64,000 nt of DNA, taken from Thermoplasmatales archaeon. Its GTDB lineage: Archaea; Thermoplasmatota; E2; UBA202; JdFR-43. The stretch spans positions 4,297-68,296 of the forward strand of contig JACIWB010000002.1 in assembly GCA_014361245.1 (NCBI GenBank), given 5' to 3'. Below, piece by piece: positions 9,830 through 17,538 of the stretch. Position numbers and translations under genes: made by a program. How positions within the stretch are numbered: position 1 is the stretch's first letter; every line of letters begins with the position of its first letter. The notes beneath the pieces are model-generated. The model was not told the origin of the DNA, ran no database searches, and was given only the letters and a program-made list of their open reading frames with translations.

Positions 9830-9866
9830 AACATTGCAAGTTATGAAAACATATAAATATTTTGGA

Positions 9867-9937
9867 AGGGCGGGGCGGGAATTGAACCCGCGTATGCGGA
9901 TCTGCAGTCCGCCACCCTACCACTAGGTGACCCGCCC
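9867..9937 (-). tRNA. tRNA-Cys (GCA)
   Basis: Cloverleaf folded by hand: acceptor GGGCGGG/CCCGCCC, D-stem ACCT/GGGT, anticodon stem GCGGA/TCCGC with loop CTGCAGA, T-arm GCGGG-TTCAATT-CCCGC, discriminator U73 (Cys identity). Confidence 0.85.
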
Positions 9938-9958
9938 ATTAAAAAACATGAAAGGTTT

Positions 9959-11791
9959 TTAATTTTTTCCGAAAAATTTGTTTATTTCTTCCAGCAAGTT
10001 ATCTGCTTTTTCCATTTCAATGTATTTTCTGAGCCTTATAGCTCGCTCATCCAATATGATTGCGATTCCTCTATCATTTTCCTTCCTTATAAGCCTGCCG
10101 ATTGCCTGCATTGTTTTTCTTATTGCGGGGGCTTCAAAAGCATATTTCCATCCATTCTGATTTTTATTTTCATAATATTTTTGCAGTGCTGACTGTTTTG
10201 CAGAAGGAGGAGGATATGGCAATCCAACTATCAAAACAATTTCAAGTTCCTCTGAGGGAAAATCAATTCCTTCAGATATTTTTCCTCCTATAACAGATAA
10301 AAAAACTCCTCCTGATTTTTTAAAATTTTCTATCTTATTCATTAATTCTTCCTGTCTCTCATTTCTTCCTTCAACATACAAATTTCTGCTTATATTGAGA
10401 ACATTGATAAATCTATTCATTACTGAATAAGAAGGAAAGAAAACCAGAGTATTTTTATTCACATTATTGCATATCTTCTCTATGTAGCCTGAAATTTTTT
10501 TAACCATATCATCATCAATATAATATTTCGTTGATATTCCCTTTAGATATAAAATCCTCCTATTTTCTTTTGGAAAAGGAGAAGGAAAGATTGCTTTCTC
10601 CGCCTTTATCCCAATTGAATTTATATACTCATCTAAGGGTTGCAATGTGCCCGACATATGAATTGTTGAATAAAATGAATTCAGTATTGAAGATGCTATA
10701 GATGGCTCCAAGCAGTAGGCAACTATCCTTAAATTTTCATTTTCCATTTCAATCAATTTAACCCATCTGTTATCTAAATCAATCCAGTAAAGAATAAAGT
10801 TACCTATGCTTCTTAAAAAAGAGCGAGGAAAACTATTATTCTTTTCCTTTATATCAGCAATTGCCTCACCATATCCAATCATGCCCTCCGCAATTATTTT
10901 TATCTGCTCAACAGAAAAATATTTTTTAAGCATATTTTCAAAAAAATCCCCGATTATTGCATCTCCTCCTTCAGATATTTCAAATTTCTCTCTTATCAAA
11001 ATAAAAATCTTATCCAAGATATCCATAAAATTAGAAATGTTTCTATCTCTGACATCGTATTCCTCTATCTCCTCCATTCCATTTTTTAATGAATTATATG
11101 AAAGAGATGTTGAAAGCAATTCCCTGCAAAAATCTGGCAAGTTATGGGCTTCGTCTATTATAAGTATTGTTTTTTCTGGAGGATATTGATACATGGAAAA
11201 AAATTTCTCCCTTAATATTTCATCAAAAATGTAAATATATGGTGCTATAACTGCTCTTGCTTTTTTAACCAATTCCTTATTTATCTCATATGGACATATA
11301 TTGTGAATTTTACCGTATAAAAAAATTTCCTCAGATGATATAACATTCTCAAAATCATTCTTCATTTTTAAAAAATTTTCAAAAAATATGCATCTATTAA
11401 AATCATCTTTTTTGCGCTCCATACTTCCCTTCTTCCTCCTCGCGCATATCCTCGAAAGCTCTTCATTTGCACAATTTCTGAGAGATGGAAAATTTTCAAC
11501 CAGAAGGCACATATTATTTCTACCCTGCAATCCAGTCGCTCTAATTCCCCCTTTCATCCTTTTAATTTCAATTATCGCCTGCTTTTGCTGGGAGTTTGTC
11601 CTTGTTGTATAAACCACCCCCATATCATTTTCAATTGCAAATTTAATGCAGGGCGCCAGCACGCTTATTGTTTTTCCACTCCCGGCGGGCGCCTCCATCA
11701 CGAGATTTTTTCTTCTTTTAAGGCATTCTTCAATTTTTGAAATAATTTCGAGCTGAAACTTTCTTGGGTTATATGGGAAAAAATCAATCAT
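9959..11791 (-). CDS. xpd: XPD/Rad3-family (DinG-like) 5'-3' DNA helicase with Fe-S cluster domain
   Basis: 610 aa; Walker A AGSGKT, DEAH (IIDEAHNL), four Cys in the insertion (CLL...C...C...C) typical of the XPD 4Fe-4S domain; 8-nt overlap with upstream aIF5B. Confidence 0.8.
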   Translation of the reverse strand: MIDFFPYNPRKFQLEIISKIEECLKRRKNLVMEAPAGSGKTISVLAPCIKFAIENDMGVVYTTRTNSQQKQAIIEIKRMKGGIRATGLQGRNNMCLLVENFPSLRNCANEELSRICARRKKGSMERKKDDFNRCIFFENFLKMKNDFENVISSEEIFLYGKIHNICPYEINKELVKKARAVIAPYIYIFDEILREKFFSMYQYPPEKTILIIDEAHNLPDFCRELLSTSLSYNSLKNGMEEIEEYDVRDRNISNFMDILDKIFILIREKFEISEGGDAIIGDFFENMLKKYFSVEQIKIIAEGMIGYGEAIADIKEKNNSFPRSFLRSIGNFILYWIDLDNRWVKLIEMENENLRIVAYCLEPSIASSILNSFYSTIHMSGTLQPLDEYINSIGIKAEKAIFPSPFPKENRRILYLKGISTKYYIDDDMVKKISGYIEKICNNVNKNTLVFFPSYSVMNRFINVLNISRNLYVEGRNERQEELMNKIENFKKSGGVFLSVIGGKISEGIDFPSEELEIVLIVGLPYPPPSAKQSALQKYYENKNQNGWKYAFEAPAIRKTMQAIGRLIRKENDRGIAIILDERAIRLRKYIEMEKADNLLEEINKFFGKN

Positions 11792-13502
11792 GCTTTCTCT
11801 TTATTTTTATTACTTTTTCAAGAACATCCTTTTCATCAATGCTCAAATCTTCTTCAAGCAATTTTTGAATATCATTTTCGCTTAAATCAACAAAGAGTAT
11901 TTGCTCTGGCTTTATCTGCCTTCCAACAGTTGCCCCTTCTATTGAAATTGCAACTTCCATTCCCTTTGTTGCTCTATCAAGAGATCTCTTTTCCATCTGA
12001 ATGCTTTTTATTTTTCCAATCTTTTTTCCATCTTCTCTTATTAAATGTTGCTCGGGTCTTATTTCCCCAGCAAGAACTCTTACTCCAATAATTGCTGGCT
12101 TACTCAGCCTGAAGGTGCAATTTGGAAGGAAGAGAATCATTCCTGGATATGTTATTTCCATTCTTTTTTTCTCCTCCTCTTCCTTCCTTTTATTTTCTCT
12201 CCATTTCTCAAGTTTTTCAATTAGATGATAAACAACACTATCTGTTATTATTTCCACACCCTCACTATCCTCCACTTCAGGAAGAACTTTTACATTGAAA
12301 CCAATTATTGCCCTATTTACCTCTCTTTCATTTGTTTTTGCCTCAAAAATATCCCTTTTTGATATATCTCCTATTTCAGCCTTCCTTAAAGGTATATTTT
12401 TCTCTTTAAGAATTAAGGATATTGCTTCAAGAGAGCCGAGCGCATCTGCTTTTAATACAACTCCTTCATCGGTTGTTTCAATATTTATTTTCATCTCCTC
12501 CTCTATCTTCTTCATATCTTCTTCAACATTTTTTAAAACTTTTATCGGAGCTCCAGCAAAAGCATCTTCAAGTCGCGGGGCAACTATTTTAACCCCGCAT
12601 GCTGCGGTAGCAATTTTAACTCTCCTGAACTTTTCTTCAGGAGCCCTTATTTCATCAAGTGGCTTTGGCTTAAGCAAGGCTCTTACTGTTGTAATTATTG
12701 CTCCTTTTTTTCCAGCAACTATTATTTCATCTCCTTCCTTAATTACGCCATTGTAAATTATTACATCAATAGTTGTGCCTAAACCCTTTTCTTCTTTAAC
12801 TTCAAGAACAGTTCCCTCCGCTTCTTTTTCCTCACAAATCAAATTTTCTTCAAGGAATTTTTGAGATAAGCCAATCAGAATCATTATCAGTTCGTCTATA
12901 CCTTCGCCATTTTTTGCTGAAATAGGAACAATTGCAACATTTCTCGTAAAATCCCTTATTCTGTCATATCTATCTGAAGAAAAACCCAAATCATAAATTT
13001 GCTCGACAAGCCTGTAAAATTTTTTATCAAAATCTTTTTTTGCCATTTCATTTTGTTCTTCAAGTCTTTTTGATATTACCCCTTCTTTTTTTCTCCATAA
13101 ATCAATTAAATCTATCTTATTTGCTGCTATAACAAAAGGTGTCTTGTATTTCTTAAGTATTGCAACCGCCTCTTTTGTCTGTTCCATTATTCCCTCATTT
13201 ATATCAACAACAAGAATAGCAAGGTCAGCAAGAGCTCCACCCCTTGCTCTCAAAGTTGTAAAGGCAAAATGTCCTGGTGTGTCGATAAAAAGCAAGCCAG
13301 GAATTTTAAATTCCTTTCCTTTAAGCAAATTACCACATATTTCTTTTACTGTTTCTATTGGCACTTCAGTTGCTCCTATATGCTGTGTGATTGCTCCCGC
13401 CTCCTTTGCGGCGACACAGCCGCCTCTTATGTAATCAAGGAGTGTTGTTTTTCCATGGTCAACATGTCCGAGAACTGCAACAATTGGTTGTCTGAAGTAC
13501 AT
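11784..13502 (-). CDS. infB: translation initiation factor aIF5B (IF2 homologue)
   Basis: 572 aa; G1 motif VLGHVDHGKTTLLDYIRG, DTPGH, NKID; size fits aIF5B, not aIF2-gamma. Confidence 0.85.
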   Translation of the reverse strand: MYFRQPIVAVLGHVDHGKTTLLDYIRGGCVAAKEAGAITQHIGATEVPIETVKEICGNLLKGKEFKIPGLLFIDTPGHFAFTTLRARGGALADLAILVVDINEGIMEQTKEAVAILKKYKTPFVIAANKIDLIDLWRKKEGVISKRLEEQNEMAKKDFDKKFYRLVEQIYDLGFSSDRYDRIRDFTRNVAIVPISAKNGEGIDELIMILIGLSQKFLEENLICEEKEAEGTVLEVKEEKGLGTTIDVIIYNGVIKEGDEIIVAGKKGAIITTVRALLKPKPLDEIRAPEEKFRRVKIATAACGVKIVAPRLEDAFAGAPIKVLKNVEEDMKKIEEEMKINIETTDEGVVLKADALGSLEAISLILKEKNIPLRKAEIGDISKRDIFEAKTNEREVNRAIIGFNVKVLPEVEDSEGVEIITDSVVYHLIEKLEKWRENKRKEEEEKKRMEITYPGMILFLPNCTFRLSKPAIIGVRVLAGEIRPEQHLIREDGKKIGKIKSIQMEKRSLDRATKGMEVAISIEGATVGRQIKPEQILFVDLSENDIQKLLEEDLSIDEKDVLEKVIKIKRKHD

Positions 13503-13570
13503 GAAAGAAAAATTGCAGGCAATTAAATAATTTTTGCCAAAAACATTTTTATCATTGTTAGAATACCATT

Positions 13571-14188
13571 ATGCTTGCTGTGTTTGACATGGATGGGGTA
13601 TTTATTGAAGAAAGGAGCTCATGGAAGGTAATTCATAAAAAATATGGAATAAAAAATGATGATATTGTTGAAGCATATAAAAGAAGGGAGATAGGCGATG
13701 AGGAATTTTTAAACAGAGACATTGAAAGATGGAGGGAAAGAGGAATAAGGAGGAAAGATATTGAAGAAGTTTTCAATTCAATAGAACTGACCCCTGGATG
13801 CAGGGAATGTATTGAATATTTTAATAAAGTCGGGAAAGTTGCGATAATATCAGGGGGAATTGATATTCTTGCAAAAAGAATTGCAAATTTTGGAGTAGAA
13901 TATGTTTTTGTAAATGGAATAATCTATAAAAATGAACTACCATGGAAAGCAATTTTAAATGTTCCTCTAATGGAAAAGGGGAAAATACTTGAAAAGTTAA
14001 TTGAAAAATTGGGCTTGGAAAAAGAAGATGTAATTGTTGTAGGGGATACAAAGTATGATGTTGATATGTTTAAAAGGGCTGGTTTAAAAATTGCCTTCAA
14101 TCCAACAGATGAAATAAAAAATTTTGCAGATTTTGTAATAGAAAAAAGAGATTTAAATGAATTAATTAAAATATTTGAAAAGCATTAA
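13571..14188 (+). CDS. HAD-superfamily hydrolase (phosphoserine phosphatase-like, subfamily IB)
   Basis: 205 aa; motif I FDMDGV at N-terminus; GDTKYD near C-terminus. Confidence 0.55.
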   Translation: MLAVFDMDGVFIEERSSWKVIHKKYGIKNDDIVEAYKRREIGDEEFLNRDIERWRERGIRRKDIEEVFNSIELTPGCRECIEYFNKVGKVAIISGGIDILAKRIANFGVEYVFVNGIIYKNELPWKAILNVPLMEKGKILEKLIEKLGLEKEDVIVVGDTKYDVDMFKRAGLKIAFNPTDEIKNFADFVIEKRDLNELIKIFEKH

Positions 14189-14798
14189 AAATATGCTGAC
14201 CGCACTCCTTATATTAATAATATTTGCGCTGATTTCCTTCCTTGTTTATTCAATCTTTACATATGTTTTTGAAGAAGTTGGTTTTAAATGGTGGGAAGCA
14301 AGCTTAATAGTTTTTAGCTCCCTGCTTTTTAGAGAGGTTAATATCCCTCTTTTTCAATATGAAAATTTAACCATAGCAATAAATTTAAGCGGTGCTCTCC
14401 TCCCGTTGCTGATAAGTGCCTACTTAATTTTATCAAGAAAAATATTTTTAAGAAGTTTGCCAGGAATAATAATTGTAACATTTGTTGCATACATGGTTAG
14501 CTATGCATCGCATGAAGGGATTGTATCGCCTTTTCCATACTGGCTTTTGCCGCCCATTTCTTCAGCTCTCTACAGCTTGGTCGCTGGCTATAAAAATAAA
14601 AGGAAGGTTGCAAGCATTGCCTATTCATGTGGGACATTTGGGGCGATTATAGGCGCGGATTTCCTCCATTTTAAAGAATTTTTGGAAATGAATTCGAGCA
14701 GACAAATTGTTGCAAGCATAGGAGGGGCAGCGATTCTTGATATGGTATTTCTTACTGGAATAATTGCGGTTATAATAGCTGCCTTATTTTATGAATGA
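14175..14798 (+). CDS. hypothetical integral membrane protein
   Basis: 207 aa with ~5 predicted TM helices; overlaps HAD gene by 14 nt. Confidence 0.4.
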   Translation: MKSIKNMLTALLILIIFALISFLVYSIFTYVFEEVGFKWWEASLIVFSSLLFREVNIPLFQYENLTIAINLSGALLPLLISAYLILSRKIFLRSLPGIIIVTFVAYMVSYASHEGIVSPFPYWLLPPISSALYSLVAGYKNKRKVASIAYSCGTFGAIIGADFLHFKEFLEMNSSRQIVASIGGAAILDMVFLTGIIAVIIAALFYE

Positions 14799-14871
14799 GA
14801 AAAATTAAGCGGCATAATTTGGTGGAAAGAGTTAAACTGCAACGCATTTTTTACTCCCCAGGACGATATGT

Positions 14872-15324
14872 TCATTCAACCGTTTTTTCATGCGATAGCT
14901 TTTCGAATATTTTCAAAAGCTCTATCTCGAGTTTTTTAATGTAGCTTCCAAATTCCCCACTAAAAACCTTGTTTTTTAGTATTTTTATCCCGCCCGCAGC
15001 ATAACTCTCAGCAATTGAATAGACCTCTTTTGGATTGAGTAAAACTTGTAAATCCCCCCTTTTATCAGCGATTGCAACAGCCTTTATAAGAGCTTTTTCC
15101 GCTGGATTTAAATATGCTACTCTATCATAATCCTTTGTTTTTTCTCTTTCTAAAGAGATCTTTTTTCTTTCACGATAGCCGATAGCCATTGCCATTAGAA
15201 ACACTGCTTTTCTTGTAGAATTTATAAATGGGCTTTCTTTTTCGTTGAGTAGGGTGTTGAAATCATCTAAGTCAGTAGCTCTAACCCGTATTATTAACGG
15301 TTCTTTGGGTCTATCCTTATTCAT
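14872..15324 (-). CDS. hypothetical 150-aa protein, last gene of the candidate defense operon (in the DndE position relative to a DndD-like ATPase)
   Basis: 8-nt overlap with the upstream ATPase gene (translational coupling); no recognisable catalytic motif; basic and helical. Confidence 0.4.
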   Translation of the reverse strand: MNKDRPKEPLIIRVRATDLDDFNTLLNEKESPFINSTRKAVFLMAMAIGYRERKKISLEREKTKDYDRVAYLNPAEKALIKAVAIADKRGDLQVLLNPKEVYSIAESYAAGGIKILKNKVFSGEFGSYIKKLEIELLKIFEKLSHEKTVE

Positions 15325-17338
15325 AGGGTTTCACCTCCGCCTCGCTTCCAGAAGTATATTCTTTGAAATTTATTTTGTAATCCTTCCAAACAACATCTGA
15401 TAATGCATCCCTTACATGGGATGTGTACTCGGTACTGGTTACCAATAATATCACCTGAGTATTTTTGAAATGCTTTGGTATCGTTTTGGCAATATTCTCT
15501 CTAGGTTCTCTATCAATTCTTGCTAAGGGTGTGTCTATAATTATAGGAGCGTCTATACCTGACACCGTATTTAATGCCGCTATAAATGCGAGTGCCAATG
15601 ATTGTCTTTCTCCGGCACTTAATGTTCCTAGCGCAGGTCTACCTTGCTGGTCAGTTACTGAAAAGGTGTAGTTATCATCTATTTTTACATCACTATATGT
15701 TATCGCTTTTGGGATTATAGCGAAAAACTCTTCTTTAGTTTTTCTTTCTATCTCCTCTCTGGTTTCCCTCATGATTTCTTCTGTAATCCTTTGTGCAGCA
15801 TTTAAAGCATATTCACAAAATGAGTTTATTTTTCTTAATTCACTTAATTTTTTCTCTTTTTTAAGTTCTTCATCCAAATCTATCTTAATAGCCTCTATCG
15901 TTGTTTCGGTTTGCCTGATTTGGGCGCACAATTCCCCTATCTTTTCATCTGCCTTCTTTATTTCGTTGTTATAATCCTCGTATCTCTCCTCCAACATTTT
16001 TATCTTTTCAATATTCACACCTTTAATTTCGTCCTCTATATTTTTCAATCTATCTCTTTTCCTATTAAGATCTTCCTCCATCTCCTTAATTTTCTCGGTG
16101 TATTTTTTAAGATTCTTATCAAAACCAATCATTTTTTCTTGGTGTCTTCTCAATTCGTTGTGAAGCTCTATAATTTCCTCTGTTATATTAGTTATCTCGT
16201 CGCACTCCTCTAAAAGTTTCTTTATTCTTAATCTATAATCATTATCCTTAGATATATCCATACCACATATACAGACACCCTCTTTTAACAATTTTTCTAA
16301 AAAATTTCTTTTATAATCTGGCGGGATCTCTCCAGCCTCCTTTCTCTTAGATATAGGTTTTAGTGATTCATCGATTGCATCGCACAGGAATATTGTTGGC
16401 GCAACACTGATAAGATAAGCGGCTTTATTTTTTTCCTCCTCAGCAAATTCATTATCAATCCTTTTTAGATCTTTTTCAATACTCTCCCTCTCTTCTGCTA
16501 ATCTCTTAATATCTTTAGGAGAAATGCCTATTAATTCTTTTTGAATCTCTTTTCTATCTGCTTCAGCTTCTTTTCTATGTGCCTTTAGTTTTTCTAAATC
16601 TTCTTCTAATTTTTTCTTTGAAGCTTCAAAACACGCCTTTTTTTCTTCTAGATCTTTTATTTTAGGCGTTAGATCCTTAGATAAGGCAAAAAACTTTTTC
16701 TTCACCTCTTCTAAATGAGAAATCACTTTTTTCAACAAATCTAGTTGTGCGATTCTAAATACGGCTTTTTTTATTTCTTCTCCAGCCTCTTCTCTAAAGT
16801 AGTCATCCAATCTCTCCCCATCGAAAAAGAAGTATTCATGAATTTCTTTAGGAAAAATCCTTTGAATCGCATTAGTTGGGTCACGGAAGTAGCCCATATC
16901 TTTCCCTATCTGTACAAGTATCTCAAGTTTTGAACCATCTGATTGATTTGAGAAATATCGATCCTTGATTATTTCGATTTTATTTTCATCTAATTTTTTC
17001 ACCTTAGCGGATCTTTTAATTTTATATTTTTTACTTTTATCAATATTAGTTAGGCCTATCTCGACTTCTATATCAGCGATTTCATTTTCTCCTACCTGGG
17101 ATAGAGAGAGTGTGTTAAGGAGTGGCAACCCTTCATATTTTTTAGATAGGTAAAATTCCTCGCCATAAAGGCACCAAGTAATCGCGTTTAGAAAATTAGT
17201 TTTTCCTGCACCTGTTGTCCCTTCGATAACTATAACATTTTTTCCAGGTTCCACGTACATATTATCAATTACAACATCTTTATACTGCCTATAATTTTTT
17301 AATTTAATATAATCAATGAACATTTCTACACCTCCCAC
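15317..17338 (-). CDS. SMC/Rad50-like ABC ATPase with long coiled coil, DndD-like (AAA_23-type N-terminus)
   Basis: 673 aa; Walker A GTTGAGKT; FFFDGERL motif; ~350-aa E/K-rich coiled coil; signature LSAGERQ; Walker B/D-loop IIIDTPLARID, where the catalytic Glu is replaced by Thr as in DndD-family proteins; no Rad50 CxxC zinc hook and no Mre11 partner. Confidence 0.6.
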   Translation of the reverse strand: MGGVEMFIDYIKLKNYRQYKDVVIDNMYVEPGKNVIVIEGTTGAGKTNFLNAITWCLYGEEFYLSKKYEGLPLLNTLSLSQVGENEIADIEVEIGLTNIDKSKKYKIKRSAKVKKLDENKIEIIKDRYFSNQSDGSKLEILVQIGKDMGYFRDPTNAIQRIFPKEIHEYFFFDGERLDDYFREEAGEEIKKAVFRIAQLDLLKKVISHLEEVKKKFFALSKDLTPKIKDLEEKKACFEASKKKLEEDLEKLKAHRKEAEADRKEIQKELIGISPKDIKRLAEERESIEKDLKRIDNEFAEEEKNKAAYLISVAPTIFLCDAIDESLKPISKRKEAGEIPPDYKRNFLEKLLKEGVCICGMDISKDNDYRLRIKKLLEECDEITNITEEIIELHNELRRHQEKMIGFDKNLKKYTEKIKEMEEDLNRKRDRLKNIEDEIKGVNIEKIKMLEERYEDYNNEIKKADEKIGELCAQIRQTETTIEAIKIDLDEELKKEKKLSELRKINSFCEYALNAAQRITEEIMRETREEIERKTKEEFFAIIPKAITYSDVKIDDNYTFSVTDQQGRPALGTLSAGERQSLALAFIAALNTVSGIDAPIIIDTPLARIDREPRENIAKTIPKHFKNTQVILLVTSTEYTSHVRDALSDVVWKDYKINFKEYTSGSEAEVKPYE

Positions 17339-17532
17339 TCTTTTGCGTATTTTTCAACAAGTTTCATATATTCATCTTGCACCCCTCGTGGGCGACTTTC
17401 GTATATATAATTGAACTCCAGCATAATTACTTCCCACAAAAATTTCTTAATTATATCTGGGTAGTCGCCTTTATCTATTTTACTCTTTATTCTTTCACTA
17501 ACATCTTCTTCTATTTTCTTCTCTTTTCTCAT
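17326..17532 (-). CDS. hypothetical 68-aa protein inside the candidate defense operon
   Basis: Overlaps the ATPase start by 13 nt and lies 6 nt after the helicase gene; helical and charged. Confidence 0.35.
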   Translation of the reverse strand: MRKEKKIEEDVSERIKSKIDKGDYPDIIKKFLWEVIMLEFNYIYESRPRGVQDEYMKLVEKYAKEWEV

Positions 17533-17538
17533 TTTCCT

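Noticed and set aside
12295-12756. 153-aa plus-strand ORF
   Set aside because: Antisense within aIF5B; no motifs; typical shadow ORF in an AT-rich genome.
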